Positions 9,406 to 24,996 are shown, counted from the stretch's first letter. The stretch: 64,000 nucleotides of DNA from Thiotrichaceae bacterium UBA7357 (GCA_002470825.1 DKOR01000018.1:37198-101197), one strand, 5' to 3'. Numbers and translations: made by a program. The notes: generated by a model not told the origin, from the sequence alone.

Positions 9406-9711
9406 ATGCAACATCTTTACCGACGAATTTATGCTAATCCTAAATTTCATCAGCTTGAATTAGAACGTCGTCGATTTAGTTGGCTACTAACAAGCATTAT
9501 ATTGATTGCCTATTTTAGTTTTATTTTAATAATTGCTTTTTATCCAGAACTATTTGGGAACCCAATTTTTGAAGATAGCGTAATTACTTGGGGTATTCTT
9601 ATAGCATTATCTGTAATTCTCTTAAGTCTTTTGCTGACTGGTATTTATGTCTACCGTGCTAATAATGAATTTGATCGGTTAGTTAATGATGTCATTAAAG
9701 ATGTAACATAG
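9406..9711 (+). CDS. yjcH: DUF485 inner-membrane protein (YjcH-like), partner of ActP
   Basis: Two TM helices; conserved position immediately upstream of an SSS-family acetate permease; AAGGA RBS 8 nt before ATG 9406. Confidence 0.75.
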   Translation: MQHLYRRIYANPKFHQLELERRRFSWLLTSIILIAYFSFILIIAFYPELFGNPIFEDSVITWGILIALSVILLSLLLTGIYVYRANNEFDRLVNDVIKDVT

Positions 9712-9730
9712 GTTGACAAGGTCACTTTAG

Positions 9731-11389
9731 ATGAATAACTTAAATATACGTCTTTTATTCTGGGTGCCTATTCTTTTCATCCCTTCATTATTGTCTGCTG
9801 CAGATGCGGTACAAGGTGAAATAACTCAACAGCCTACTAATATTATTGCTATTACAATGTTCCTTGTGTTTGTAGCGGCGACACTGGGGATAACCTATTG
9901 GGCAGCAAGGCGCACAAAAAGTACCAAAGATTTTTATGCTGCTGGTGGTAATATTACTGGACTGCAAAATGGTCTTGCAATTGCTGGTGATTATATGTCT
10001 GCCGCATCGTTCTTAGGTATTTCTGGATTGGTTTTTGCGAGTGGTTTTGATGGACTCATTTATTCCATTGGTTTTTTAGTCGGCTGGCCGATAATCCTCT
10101 TTCTTTTAGCAGAACGCTTAAGGAATCTTGGGAAATATACTTTTGCCGATGCTGTGAGCTATCGCTTACAGCAGTTACCCATCCGCAGTTTGGCGGCTTC
10201 TGGAACACTTATTGTAGTCTTATTATATTTGACCGCACAATTAGTAGGCGCAGGTAAACTTATACAGATATTATTTGGTCTTGAATATTATCTGGCAGTA
10301 GTGATTGTCGGTATACTGATGGTCTTGTACGTTACCTTTGGCGGAATGTTGGCAACAACATGGGTGCAGATAATTAAAGCTGTGCTTCTATTATGTGGAG
10401 CAAGTTTCATGGCTGTCGCTGTTATGTATCATATGGATTTTTCTTTTGAGACTTTATTTATGACCGCTACTGAAGTACATAAGAACGGGATAACGATTAT
10501 GTCTCCTGGAGGTCTAGTGTCTGATCCAATATCTGCAATCTCACTTGGACTTGCCCTTATGTTTGGCACGGCTGGTTTGCCACATATATTGATGCGATTC
10601 TTTACTGTGCCTGATGCACAAGAGGCAAGGAAATCGGTTGTGTACGCGACAGGATTTATTGGTTATTTTTTTATTTTGACGTTTATTATTGGTTTTGGTG
10701 CCATCGTTTTCTTAGTAAATAATCCAGAGTTTTTAGATCTTCAGTCGGGCGGTTTATTGGGTGGAAATAATATGGCGGCGATTCATTTGTCTAAAGCTGT
10801 GGGGGGTGAAGTCTTTTTGGGGTTCATTTCTGCAGTTGCCTTCGCTACTATTCTGGCAGTTGTTTCTGGCTTAACATTAGCCGGTGCTTCAGCTATTTCG
10901 CATGATTTATATGCGAGCGTGTTACGCAAAGGTGAAGCCCAAGAAGGAGAGGAGATTCGCATGTCCAGAATAGCTACGGTCGGCTTAGGTGTTGCTGCAA
11001 TTTTTCTCGGGGTCCAGTTTGAGCAACAAAACGTGGCTTATATGGTTGGTCTTGCCTTCGCGATTGCTGCTAGTGTAAATTTCCCCGTCTTATTTTTATC
11101 TATGTATTGGCAAAGGTTGACAACCAGAGGTGCCTTTATAGGTGGTAGTATTGGATTAATAACTGCAGTTTCATGCATGATTTTAGGACCAACAATCTGG
11201 GTTGATATTTTGGGTAACACAGAAGCAATCTTTCCGTACAAACATCCGGCGTTGTTTTCAATTAGTGCAGCTTTTATGTCTATTTTTATTATATCAAAAT
11301 TAGATAACTCTGTTTCGGGACGCGAAGAAGCTTTAGCTTTTGAGGGGCAATATGTACGCTCTCAAACAGGATTAGGATCTGAAGAATAA
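9731..11389 (+). CDS. actP: Cation/acetate symporter ActP (sodium:solute symporter family)
   Basis: 552 aa, 13-14 TM helices, SSS-family motifs, N-terminal signal-like extension typical of ActP, paired with yjcH. Confidence 0.85.
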   Translation: MNNLNIRLLFWVPILFIPSLLSAADAVQGEITQQPTNIIAITMFLVFVAATLGITYWAARRTKSTKDFYAAGGNITGLQNGLAIAGDYMSAASFLGISGLVFASGFDGLIYSIGFLVGWPIILFLLAERLRNLGKYTFADAVSYRLQQLPIRSLAASGTLIVVLLYLTAQLVGAGKLIQILFGLEYYLAVVIVGILMVLYVTFGGMLATTWVQIIKAVLLLCGASFMAVAVMYHMDFSFETLFMTATEVHKNGITIMSPGGLVSDPISAISLGLALMFGTAGLPHILMRFFTVPDAQEARKSVVYATGFIGYFFILTFIIGFGAIVFLVNNPEFLDLQSGGLLGGNNMAAIHLSKAVGGEVFLGFISAVAFATILAVVSGLTLAGASAISHDLYASVLRKGEAQEGEEIRMSRIATVGLGVAAIFLGVQFEQQNVAYMVGLAFAIAASVNFPVLFLSMYWQRLTTRGAFIGGSIGLITAVSCMILGPTIWVDILGNTEAIFPYKHPALFSISAAFMSIFIISKLDNSVSGREEALAFEGQYVRSQTGLGSEE

Positions 11390-11410
11390 TATTCAACACT
11401 AGAATTAAAA

Positions 11411-11974
11411 ATGAAGCGGTGTCAATGGTGTAAAAGTGATGTACTTTATATTAAGTACCATGATGAGGAATGGGGTGTGCCAGTTCACTCTGATAAGAAG
11501 TTATTTGAATCCCTAATGTTGGAAGGAGCACAAGCAGGTTTGAACTGGATTATGGTGCTTAAGAAACGTTCTGCATATCGTGCTGCATTTGATAAGTTCA
11601 ATTTCAATATGATTGCTACTTATGAAGAATCAAAGATACAGTCCTTATTCAATAATTCCGGTATCATCAGAAATAAACTAAAGATTAGAGCTATTGTCAA
11701 AAATGCTCATGCACTTATAAAGGTACGTGAAGAATTTGGTACTTTTAATAAATATATATGGCAGTTCACTAAACATAAAACAATTCATAATAAATGGGAA
11801 TCTATAAAAACTATTCCTGTCAATACTGATATTTCTGACCACATGTCAAAAGATTTGAAAAATCGTGGTTTTACTTTCGTAGGGACAACTATCTGTTATG
11901 CCTTTATGCAAGCGGTTGGAATGATTAATGACCATATCGTTGATTGTCATCGCTATCACGAATTAAAGGAGTAG
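11411..11974 (+). CDS. tag: DNA-3-methyladenine glycosylase I
   Basis: CQWCKSD ... YHDEEWGVPVHSDKKLFE ... EGAQAGLNW typical of Tag. Confidence 0.9.
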   Translation: MKRCQWCKSDVLYIKYHDEEWGVPVHSDKKLFESLMLEGAQAGLNWIMVLKKRSAYRAAFDKFNFNMIATYEESKIQSLFNNSGIIRNKLKIRAIVKNAHALIKVREEFGTFNKYIWQFTKHKTIHNKWESIKTIPVNTDISDHMSKDLKNRGFTFVGTTICYAFMQAVGMINDHIVDCHRYHELKE

Positions 11975-11977
11975 GTT

Positions 11978-12913
11978 TTGTTTATTCGACCTAAAGATTA
12001 TATTTCGATAGATGATAAATTATTCTTTGCTGTTGTAAGTGAACATCAAGAAGATGATCGAGCATTAACATGGCTACGTTATATCAAAGATAACTATGGA
12101 ATGCATAAGATTGATACAGAATATTCCAGAAAGCTGATTAGTGATTCATATCCAGAGTTCTTATTTCGCAGTCAATATGCTGATAGTGATTTACATGGTA
12201 TTCCGCTGAAATCAATAAGTCATATTTATCGTCCCGAACAAACTGTAATTCGGCTTTTGAACATGATTGAGCCGGACAATAAAAAACGTGATGCTATCAA
12301 GATACTCAAACTTTTAATTAGTGCAGGAATTAAAAAAAAATATATTGGTATTACTGGTTCATTAATGTTGGACACGCATAATGATAAATCTGATATTGAT
12401 ATAATAATATATGGGCGTGAATTATTTTTTAAGGTAAGACGATATATAAAAAAGCATCTTGAATCAGGAGTACTAGAATCATTAGATAATTCATTCTGGG
12501 AAGATGCTTATCAACGAAGAGGTTGTGAATTAAGCTTTGAAGACTACTGTAAACATGAGCTAAGAAAATTTAATAAATTTGTTTCCGGTATAAGCAAGAT
12601 TGATATCAGTATGATTCCTGAAGTTTATGAACGGTTTCAGGAAAATGGGCCATTCAAAAAAAAAGGGAAATGTAAGATTGTAGCAATAGTGATTAATGAT
12701 ACCTACGCTTTTGATTTTCCAGCACGTTATTTTATTCATCACGAAACTATTGATGAGATCGTTTCTTATACTGCGACCTATGTTGGTCAGGTTCAAAAAG
12801 GTGAAAGGGTTGAAGCTGTTGGCTATATCGAGCAGGGTAGTGATGGAAAAAAAAGACTATTAGTTGGCACAAGTCGAGAGGCAGTGGGAGAATATATTCG
12901 AATTCTCAATTAA
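11978..12913 (+). CDS. Uncharacterised Pol-beta-superfamily nucleotidyltransferase-fold protein (311 aa)
   Basis: YIGITGSLMLDTHNDKSDIDIIIYG = GS ... DxD NTase signature around residue 125-150; TTG start with AAGGAG 6 nt upstream, 3 nt after the tag stop. Confidence 0.5.
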   Translation: MFIRPKDYISIDDKLFFAVVSEHQEDDRALTWLRYIKDNYGMHKIDTEYSRKLISDSYPEFLFRSQYADSDLHGIPLKSISHIYRPEQTVIRLLNMIEPDNKKRDAIKILKLLISAGIKKKYIGITGSLMLDTHNDKSDIDIIIYGRELFFKVRRYIKKHLESGVLESLDNSFWEDAYQRRGCELSFEDYCKHELRKFNKFVSGISKIDISMIPEVYERFQENGPFKKKGKCKIVAIVINDTYAFDFPARYFIHHETIDEIVSYTATYVGQVQKGERVEAVGYIEQGSDGKKRLLVGTSREAVGEYIRILN

Positions 12914-12941
12914 ATAACATAAAATATAAGAGATAATAGTA

Positions 12942-14327
12942 ATGGTGAGAAGATCAAAAATAACTCAGTTGTTAAATGCAAATAAAGCAAAGGATTCTGC
13001 ATTGATACAGGGCTGGATTAGAACACTAAGAGAAAGTAAAAAGTTTTCATTTGTCGAACTTAATGATGGGTCTTGTCTAGCAAACATTCAGGTCATTGTT
13101 GACAATGATATTGGTAATTATCAAGAAATAGTAAAACTAACAACTGGTGCAGCAATATCAGTTAGTGGTGAACTTGTTGAGTCTCTTGGTGAAGGACAAA
13201 AATGGGAAATACGAGCATCCGCAATTGAAATCCTCGGTATAGCACCCGATGATTTTCCATTACAAAAGAAACGGCACACAGATGAGTATTTACGTACAAT
13301 TGCCCATTTAAGACCGCGTTCGAATAAATATAGTGCGATCTTTCGTATACGATCTAAATTATCCTTTGCCATCCATCAATTCTTTCAGGAACGTGATTTC
13401 CAATGGGTACACACCCCAATTATCACCAGTTCAGACTGTGAAGGAGCAGGGGAAATGTTCAATGTCACTACGCTAGATATGAATGACGTTCCTAAAAAGA
13501 ATGGTGTTGTTGATTATGAAAAAGATTTCTTTGGTAAAGAAGCCAGTTTGACTGTCTCAGGCCAATTGTCTGTGGAGACTTTTTGTTTAAGTTTAGGAGA
13601 TGTCTATACATTCGGTCCTACCTTTCGTTCCGAGAACTCAAATACAAGTCGCCACATGTCAGAATTCTGGATGATAGAACCAGAAATGGCATTCGCTAAT
13701 CTGCAGGATGATATGAAACTTGGACAAGAATTTATTCAATACCTGATTAAACACACTATGGAAGAATGTGCGGAAGATCTGGAATTATTTGCTAAATATG
13801 TTGATAAGAATTTAATGTCAACTCTGAATAATATTGTTAATAATGATTTTATTCGTTTGCCATATACCGATGCGATCAAGATCCTTGAACAATCAGGTAA
13901 GAAGTTTGAGTTCGATGTTGACTGGGGCAAAGATCTTCAATCTGAACACGAACGTTTCCTGACAGAAGAACATTTCAAACAACCCGTAATCGTTTATGAC
14001 TACCCAAAGGATATCAAAGCATTTTATATGCGCTTGAACGATGATGAAAAAACTGTGGCGGCTATGGATGTTCTTGTGCCTGCTATTGGCGAGATTATCG
14101 GCGGTTCGCAACGTGAAGAGCGATATGATGTGTTAAAAAAACGTATTAATGATATGAGTTTTGATGAGGCAGACTACTGGTGGTATTTGGATACGCGTAA
14201 GTATGGTACTGTGTCCCATGCCGGTTTTGGACTGGGGTTTGAACGATTATTAATGTTGGTTTCCGGAATCTCAAATATAAGGGATGTCACTCCCTTTCCA
14301 CGAACGCCAAAGAATCTGGAGTTTTGA
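12942..14327 (+). CDS. asnS: Asparagine--tRNA ligase
   Basis: Class II aaRS motifs FGPTFRSENSNTSRHMSEFWMIEPE, GGSQREER, C-terminal RTPKNLEF; N-terminal OB domain. Confidence 0.95.
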   Translation: MVRRSKITQLLNANKAKDSALIQGWIRTLRESKKFSFVELNDGSCLANIQVIVDNDIGNYQEIVKLTTGAAISVSGELVESLGEGQKWEIRASAIEILGIAPDDFPLQKKRHTDEYLRTIAHLRPRSNKYSAIFRIRSKLSFAIHQFFQERDFQWVHTPIITSSDCEGAGEMFNVTTLDMNDVPKKNGVVDYEKDFFGKEASLTVSGQLSVETFCLSLGDVYTFGPTFRSENSNTSRHMSEFWMIEPEMAFANLQDDMKLGQEFIQYLIKHTMEECAEDLELFAKYVDKNLMSTLNNIVNNDFIRLPYTDAIKILEQSGKKFEFDVDWGKDLQSEHERFLTEEHFKQPVIVYDYPKDIKAFYMRLNDDEKTVAAMDVLVPAIGEIIGGSQREERYDVLKKRINDMSFDEADYWWYLDTRKYGTVSHAGFGLGFERLLMLVSGISNIRDVTPFPRTPKNLEF

Positions 14328-14335
14328 AAAGATAT

Positions 14336-15664
14336 TCATAGTTTGTCGAAATATCGATGCATCTCATCGACCACTTTTCTTGAAAGCAAAATTGTCGCTA
14401 TTAAGGTTGGAAAAATCATTAAGGCAAACATTGTGTCGATGATGTTAATAATGGTTGATTGAGTCCAAACAGCACACATCGGAATGATCGCTAGGTAAAT
14501 ATAAACAAATTTACTACCAAGCCTTTTCCCAAATAAGTAACGTGCACATTTCAAGCTATAGTACGAGTAAGTAATCATTGTCGATAATGCAAACAATGTG
14601 AACACGGTATAGACAATATATTGACCTATACCTGGTAACGTCTGATTAAAAGAAAGTGCAGTCATGACTATGCCGCTTTCACCAGAATAGATGCCAGAGC
14701 TCAGTATCACTAATGCAGTACATGTGCAGACAATATGCGTGTCAAAGAATGGGCCTAACATCGCGACCAGACCTTCACGCACAGGCTCTTTGGTTTTAGC
14801 TGTGCCGTGGGCCATAGCTTCTGTACCTACGCCTGCCTCATTAGAAAAGATGGCGCGTTTTATTCCTGTAACAAGGACTTCTTTAAAAACCAAAGCTGTC
14901 GCGCCACCATACATCGCTTCTGCGCCGAAGGCATTATAATAGATATCAAGCAATATGGTCGGTATAGCATCAAGGTTTATTGCAATGACAACAAAACTAC
15001 TTAAGACATAAGCCAGAAACATAAACGGTACGATACGAGCTGTGACATAACTAACACGTGTTATACCGCCAATGATAATCGTGCCGATAAAGACGAGTGC
15101 ACTGATACCAGTATAAATAGGAGCTACTGAAAATTCATTTTGTAATAAGCTCGCCAGTTGATTGACCTGAAACATCGGTATGCAACCGATTAAACCCGCA
15201 ATAGCAAATAGAATAGCCAGAAATTTATAGCGTTCTCCCAAGCCAGCTTCGATAAAGTACATTGGGCCACCTTGTTCAATACCATCTTCATCTTTCTTAC
15301 GATAAAGGCACGAAAGAGTACATGTAAAGAATTTGATAACCATACCAAACAAACCAGCCACCCACATCCAGAAGATGGCGCCCGGACCGCCGAGACTGAT
15401 CGCGATAGCAACACCAGCGATATTGCCCATACCTATCGTACCTGATAGGGCGACCGTTAAGGCTTGAAAATGTGAGAGTTCTCCCGGGATATTCTGTTCG
15501 TCAAACTTGCCTGATAAGATCAGAAAAGCATGGAGTAAGCCAATAAAAGGTTTGAAACGAGAAATGTAGGAAAAATAAATTCCAGTTGCGAGGATAAACA
15601 CAACGAGCGGCAAACCCCAAAGGAGATCAACGATGACTAACCAGAATTGTTCAAATTGATTCAT
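14336..15664 (-). CDS. Alanine/glycine:cation symporter (AGCS family)
   Basis: TGIYFSYISRF ... FQALTVALSGTIGMGNIAGVAIAI motifs typical of the AGCS family; 442 aa polytopic. Confidence 0.85.
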   Translation of the reverse strand: MNQFEQFWLVIVDLLWGLPLVVFILATGIYFSYISRFKPFIGLLHAFLILSGKFDEQNIPGELSHFQALTVALSGTIGMGNIAGVAIAISLGGPGAIFWMWVAGLFGMVIKFFTCTLSCLYRKKDEDGIEQGGPMYFIEAGLGERYKFLAILFAIAGLIGCIPMFQVNQLASLLQNEFSVAPIYTGISALVFIGTIIIGGITRVSYVTARIVPFMFLAYVLSSFVVIAINLDAIPTILLDIYYNAFGAEAMYGGATALVFKEVLVTGIKRAIFSNEAGVGTEAMAHGTAKTKEPVREGLVAMLGPFFDTHIVCTCTALVILSSGIYSGESGIVMTALSFNQTLPGIGQYIVYTVFTLFALSTMITYSYYSLKCARYLFGKRLGSKFVYIYLAIIPMCAVWTQSTIINIIDTMFALMIFPTLIATILLSRKVVDEMHRYFDKL

Positions 15665-16159
15665 TTTTTTGATTATGCTTTAACGAATATTTTATGCTGC
15701 ATTGAACATTAGACGGCCAGACTAGCGAGATCCGCATTATTAAATTGATGGCTAAGATAATCTTTAAATTCATGCAGTTTGTATTGTTTTACTCTTATCT
15801 GTTTCTATTAGAGCTGATGTGACTATTTGTCGTCAGAATTACCATAATCAACAGGGTCCATTTTTGTTAGTTTTATTGTTTGAGTATGCATGATTTATTC
15901 ATTTACAAGGCTTCAAAAAATTAGTTTTTAACATGGATTAAAGTCTATCAAAATAATATGTAAATGTGTGTTAAATAAAAAGTAAGAATTTTTAAAAGAG
16001 TTATGTACAAAAAATCATAATTGAAAATTTCTATTAATAATTTGCGAAGATGATTAGATGACGCTGTGAATTCATAATAAGGTGACCGCATTAATGTTGA
16101 AATGATTAATATGTTTAAACATTGTAGAATTCAAATTCATCAATCATTGTTTATGAAAT

Positions 16160-17548
16160 ATGCAAGATCAATATACTGAACATTCTTTGCAAAGACTTAC
16201 TCTAACGATGGTATTGTTAAATGCATTTACAACTCCATTGATGCTGTCCGCTGTGAATGTTGCTCTACCTGCTATTGCCAAAGATTTGTCGATGAACGCA
16301 GTGCAGTTAAGTTGGGTGCCAATGGCCTATCTTATGGCAAGTGCCATGTTTGTTTTAATCTTTGGTCGACTGGCAGATATGGTAGGGCGTAAACGAATAT
16401 TCTTGATTGGTACAAGCAGTGTGATAGTCACTTCATTAATTGGTGCTTTTTCTGATAGCAGTGCAATGTTAATTTCCGCACGTTTCTTACAAGGTGTCAG
16501 TGCAGCGATGTTATATGCAACTCAGGTTGCTATCGTCACCTCTGTTTTCCCACCTGCTAAGCGTGGACAAGCGATTGGTTTGACGGTGTCTACAATCTAT
16601 CTAGGTTTAACGATTGGCCCTGTAATCGGTGGTTATGTGATCGATACATTTGGATGGCGCGCGTGCTTTATGGTGCATATCCCATTAGCCGTAATTGTTC
16701 TGTGTTTAGGTGCGTTTTTTGTGAAAGGGGAATGGTCAGCAGATGAACGTGGTAGTTTTGATCTGTTGGGTGCCATTATGTACTCTTTTTCAATACTACT
16801 ATTATGTCTCGGCGTGTCCTGGCTATCTTCAAACTTAAGTTATATCTCGCTTGCGGTATCTATCATTGGCTTAATCTTTTTCTTCTTCTTTGAGAATGTA
16901 CATAAGCATCCGATATTTGATGTGAATTTATTTTTTACTAACCGTGTCTTTACCTTTTCTTGTTTAGCATCATTAATCATTTATACCGCAACATTTGCTA
17001 ATGTCGTACAAGTCAGTTTGTATTTACAATATTTAAAAGGGATGTCGGCGACAGTAGCGGGTTTGATTATGATGTGCCAACCATTAACCATGGCTATTTT
17101 TTCTCCTTTGGCTGGACGGTTATCAGATAGGTTTGAACCACGCCGACTTGCTAGCTTAGGTATGGCGATTAGTTGTGGCGGATTAATACTACTTTCAAAT
17201 TTACGTACAGATTCAAGCCTGACCTATCTAGTATTAGCTCTTGTGTTTACTGGACTTGGGTTTAGTTTATTTTCTTCACCGAACGTAAATGCGATTATGA
17301 GTTCGGTTGAAAAACGATTCTTTGGTAGTGCTAATGGTGTTATGGCAACAATGAGGATTGTTGGGCAGATGACTAGTATGGTATTGGTGACATTAATTTT
17401 CACTATTGTGATTGGTTCTGTTGAGATCGGTGTCTCAAACTACGATGATCTGGAAAAGGCTATACGGCTAACGTTTACAATAGCGTCTATGTTGTGCCTC
17501 CCAGGACTCTATTTTTCTCTCGCAAGAGGAAAGATGAGAACTTCTTAA
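16160..17548 (+). CDS. MFS transporter, 14-TM DHA2/EmrB-like
   Basis: GRLADMVGRKR motif 2, 14 predicted TM segments, 462 aa. Confidence 0.8.
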   Translation: MQDQYTEHSLQRLTLTMVLLNAFTTPLMLSAVNVALPAIAKDLSMNAVQLSWVPMAYLMASAMFVLIFGRLADMVGRKRIFLIGTSSVIVTSLIGAFSDSSAMLISARFLQGVSAAMLYATQVAIVTSVFPPAKRGQAIGLTVSTIYLGLTIGPVIGGYVIDTFGWRACFMVHIPLAVIVLCLGAFFVKGEWSADERGSFDLLGAIMYSFSILLLCLGVSWLSSNLSYISLAVSIIGLIFFFFFENVHKHPIFDVNLFFTNRVFTFSCLASLIIYTATFANVVQVSLYLQYLKGMSATVAGLIMMCQPLTMAIFSPLAGRLSDRFEPRRLASLGMAISCGGLILLSNLRTDSSLTYLVLALVFTGLGFSLFSSPNVNAIMSSVEKRFFGSANGVMATMRIVGQMTSMVLVTLIFTIVIGSVEIGVSNYDDLEKAIRLTFTIASMLCLPGLYFSLARGKMRTS

Positions 17549-17814
17549 TCACCTCGGCATATATTCGGGCTCAATGGACCGGGTGGCATTTGTAAGTGGT
17601 AACCTTTTTCTTTCAGATTTCTCATGACCACATTAATATCTTCGCGAGCTAATTTTCTTTCAGGCGATAACTCAAGGTCCATTGTATGAGTAAGTTCCTT
17701 AACCATTTTAATCAATTGCTCCGGCAAGTCGTCTCTATTTTTGTCTTCATGAATGTATAAATACATACCGTCTTGTTTAGCACAACGATAAATTTTGCAA
17801 TTGATAATAGACAT
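17545..17814 (-). CDS. ycgL: YcgL-domain protein (DUF709)
   Basis: CKIYRCAKQDGMYLYI ... LPEQL ... GYHLQMPP matches E. coli YcgL throughout. Confidence 0.8.
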   Translation of the reverse strand: MSIINCKIYRCAKQDGMYLYIHEDKNRDDLPEQLIKMVKELTHTMDLELSPERKLAREDINVVMRNLKEKGYHLQMPPGPLSPNICRGD

Positions 17815-17867
17815 GTACTCGAAAAGTATTTAGTGAAAATATTTTAAATTTACCTAAGAGGGTAGAG

Positions 17868-17883
17868 AGAGATAATTATCTCT
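17868..17883. promoter_or_regulatory. 16-nt perfect palindrome AGAGATAATTATCTCT between fhs (3' end) and ycgL (5' end)
   Basis: Read directly; 54-69 nt upstream of the ycgL start on the minus strand. Confidence 0.25.
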
Positions 17884-17919
17884 TTGGACTCTGCGGCGAT
17901 GTTTAGCTTTTAAGTATTA

Positions 17920-19593
17920 TCAAAACAAACCAGTGATATTGCCGTTATCATCAATATCAATGCGTTCAGCCGCGGGTACTTTTGGTAGCCCTGGCATGGT
18001 CATCATATTGCCGCAGATGGCAACAATAAAACCAGCCCCATTTGCCAGGCGGACTTCACTGACATGAACATTATGTCCTGTTGGAGCACCTATCACTGTT
18101 GGATCAGTTGAAAAGGACATCTGCGTCTTAGCCATACAAACCGGGTAAGAACCGTATTCTTCATTCCAGTCGGCTAATTGTTTTTTCACTTTCGGATCAT
18201 ACGACACAGAACCCGCACCATAAACCTTGGTTGATATAGCTTCGATCTTTTCTGTTAGAGAGTCATTGTCTTCATAAACATATTTGTGTGTGCCCGGATT
18301 GTTATCAACGATATCCACTACTGCATTCGCCAGATCTTCTGCACCTGCGCCGCCATCGGCCCAGTGTTTGGATACAACGGCCTTTGCGCCGAGCGATTCA
18401 CAACGTTTCATCAACATATCCACTTCTGCATCGGTATCAAGGGTGAAATGATTTAGACAAACAACACATGGCAAGCCATAGACTTCATTGATATTTTTAA
18501 TATGATGTTCCATATTGACCATCCCCTTATCAAGGGCTTCAAGGTTTTCATTATTCAGGTCTACCTTGGCCACGCCACCATGGTATTTCATGGCGCGGAT
18601 AGTAGCTACCAGTACAACCGCAGCAGGTTTAAGACCGGCTATACGAGATTTGATATTAATAAATTTTTCAGCACCCAAATCAGCACCAAAACCAGCTTCA
18701 GTCACTACATAGTCGGCTAGTTTTAAGCCAGTTTGAGTTGCGGTAACCGTATTACATCCATGAGCGATATTTGCAAATGGACCACCATGGATTATGACAA
18801 TATTGTTTTCTAGTGTTTGAACTATATTGGGATTAATTGCATCTTTTAATAATGCGGCCATAGAACCCTCAGCATTCAAGTCACGAGCAAAAACTGCTGT
18901 TTTATTATCATTTTTATAGCCTATAACAATACGTCCAAGACGCTCTTTTAAATCTTTGCGACTAGTAGCCAGACAAAGGATTGCCATAATCTCAGAGGCA
19001 ACAACAATATCAAAGCCATCTTCACGGAGATAACCATTCGCCGGTCCACCTTGACCGATTGTGATCTTACGTAAGGCACGGTCGTTCATATCAACGACTC
19101 GCTTCCATTGGATTCTTCTTGGATCGATACCAAGTTCATTACCATGATTTAGATGGTTATCAATCATGGCAGCGAGTAGGGCATGGGCAACACCGATGGC
19201 ATGGAAGTCACCGGTGAAATGTAGGTTGATATCTTCCATTGGGACGACTTGTGAATAACCGCCACCAGCTGCACCGCCTTTCATGCCAAAGCAAGGACCC
19301 AAAGAGGGTTCTCTAAGACACATAATGGCTTTTTTACCAATACGGTTCAGTGCATCGCCGAGACCAACAGTTGTTGTTGTTTTACCTTCACCAGCGGGTG
19401 TTGGGCTGACAGCCGTAACCAAGATGAGCTTGCCATCTTCTTTATCTTTAAGACTGTCTATGTAATTGAGTGATAATTTTGCTTTGTAGTGGCCATAAGG
19501 TTCGAGATATTCACTTTCTATTCCATATTGTTTCAAGGCCAGATCAACGATACGTTTCATATTTGCTTTTTGAGCAATTTCAATATCAGACAT
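17920..19593 (-). CDS. fhs: Formate--tetrahydrofolate ligase
   Basis: [16 protein letters not shown]-loop, [27 protein letters not shown]; 557 aa. Confidence 0.95.
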   Translation of the reverse strand: MSDIEIAQKANMKRIVDLALKQYGIESEYLEPYGHYKAKLSLNYIDSLKDKEDGKLILVTAVSPTPAGEGKTTTTVGLGDALNRIGKKAIMCLREPSLGPCFGMKGGAAGGGYSQVVPMEDINLHFTGDFHAIGVAHALLAAMIDNHLNHGNELGIDPRRIQWKRVVDMNDRALRKITIGQGGPANGYLREDGFDIVVASEIMAILCLATSRKDLKERLGRIVIGYKNDNKTAVFARDLNAEGSMAALLKDAINPNIVQTLENNIVIIHGGPFANIAHGCNTVTATQTGLKLADYVVTEAGFGADLGAEKFINIKSRIAGLKPAAVVLVATIRAMKYHGGVAKVDLNNENLEALDKGMVNMEHHIKNINEVYGLPCVVCLNHFTLDTDAEVDMLMKRCESLGAKAVVSKHWADGGAGAEDLANAVVDIVDNNPGTHKYVYEDNDSLTEKIEAISTKVYGAGSVSYDPKVKKQLADWNEEYGSYPVCMAKTQMSFSTDPTVIGAPTGHNVHVSEVRLANGAGFIVAICGNMMTMPGLPKVPAAERIDIDDNGNITGLF

Positions 19594-20116
19594 TACGCCC
19601 TCCCCAAAAAAGGTATAAAAGAAAGAAAGTTATATTAAATAAGTAATGGAATCACTATGTTTGTTCATTACTTTCTTAGCAGCCAGCTGCAGGTTATTCT
19701 AGCCTGTTATTGAGTGATTCACTAACTTCTTTCTTTTCCATGCTCGTTGGTTATTAATAATGTCAATACATTTTTAGGCATTAATATTTCTATTAGTGCA
19801 TATTCCTTAACAGTGCAGGATTTACTAATAAAATATAGAATTTACATTTTATATGTACAAAATTAAGATAAAAATATATTTTCTTCGAGACGAATAGGCG
19901 TTTAAGGTAGTCATAATGAAATTTGAGTGTATACGATATTATTAGTTAGAAAAATATTGAAAATTAATATCAGCTCATCAGTCAAATATCTTAATTTAGT
20001 GCTTCCAGTATATAATAGATTTATTAGATAATTTTTAATCAATTAACTTATTTCTGTATTGGCGTCTTAGCTCTGACTCTGTTACTATCTTCTCCCCTAG
20101 ATATGATGTTATTTAG

Positions 20117-22649
<2,533 letters not shown>

Positions 22650-22671
22650 CTAAATACGTGATGGAGAATAA

Positions 22672-23958
<1,287 letters not shown>

Positions 23959-23989
23959 TGCAAAACTCAAAATAGGTCTGGCTTCATAG

Positions 23990-24286
23990 ATGAAAGTGAT
24001 AACTACTTTTTTTTTAATATTACTAATATTATTACAGTATCGTCTATGGTTCGGGAATGGTAGTTTGAACGAAGTACATCAGCTACAAGATAAGATTAGT
24101 AAAATCGAGCAAGAAAAAGAAAGCCTTAAAGAGCGAAACTTTTCTCTAGCAGCAGAAGTTCACGACCTTAAACATGGGTATGAAGCCATTGAAGAACGTG
24201 CACGAAGTGAGATGGGAATGATTAAAGATGGTGAAATATTTTATCAAATTGTGAATCATTCAGACTTTCAAATTGATACTAATTAA
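23990..24286 (+). CDS. ftsB: Cell division protein FtsB
   Basis: N-terminal TM followed by coiled coil; LLQYRLWFGNGS; conserved position between eno and ispD. Confidence 0.85.
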   Translation: MKVITTFFLILLILLQYRLWFGNGSLNEVHQLQDKISKIEQEKESLKERNFSLAAEVHDLKHGYEAIEERARSEMGMIKDGEIFYQIVNHSDFQIDTN

Positions 24287-24291
24287 TAAAT

Positions 24292-24993
24292 ATGTCGGAT
24301 AGTTTAAAATACTGGGTAGTGATACCAGCAGCAGGAGAGGGGTTACGTATGGGCGTAGATAAACCAAAACAATATATCTCAATTAATAATAAAACAATTA
24401 TTGAGCATACTATTGATTGCTTTATTTATCGTGAAGAAATTGAAAAAATTATTGTAGCAATATCAAAGGAAGATGAGTTCTGGTCAACATTAGAAATATC
24501 TGATCATGATAAAATAATGACAGTATCAGGAGGAAAAGAGCGTTACCAATCAGTGTTGAATAGTCTAAAGATGCTATCGAGTGAAGCAGAAGATGATGAT
24601 TGGGTTATGGTTCATGATGCAGCTAGACCTTGCTTGAATCAGTCAGCAATTGACAGACTGATAATACAATTGAAAGGGCATGATATAGGTGGAATTCTGG
24701 CAATGCCTTGTAGGGATACTATGAAGCGTTCAAATGATACTGGTGAAATAGATGAAACGGTAGAACGCCAATCACTTTGGCATGCACAAACACCACAGAT
24801 GTTTAAATATGGGAAACTTTTATTAGCTATCCAAGATGCTCTTAAGAATAAAGCTGTTGTGACAGATGAAGCTATGGCAGTCGAAAGACTAGGATTTAAA
24901 CCAATGCTTGTGCTTGGACATCAAGGAAACATTAAACTAACTTATAAAGATGATCTTGAATCACTAAGACTATACCTAGATAGGATTATATAA
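24292..24993 (+). CDS. ispD: 2-C-methyl-D-erythritol 4-phosphate cytidylyltransferase
   Basis: VVIPAAGEGLRMG, VHDAARP. Confidence 0.9.
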   Translation: MSDSLKYWVVIPAAGEGLRMGVDKPKQYISINNKTIIEHTIDCFIYREEIEKIIVAISKEDEFWSTLEISDHDKIMTVSGGKERYQSVLNSLKMLSSEAEDDDWVMVHDAARPCLNQSAIDRLIIQLKGHDIGGILAMPCRDTMKRSNDTGEIDETVERQSLWHAQTPQMFKYGKLLLAIQDALKNKAVVTDEAMAVERLGFKPMLVLGHQGNIKLTYKDDLESLRLYLDRII

Positions 24994-24996
24994 AAA

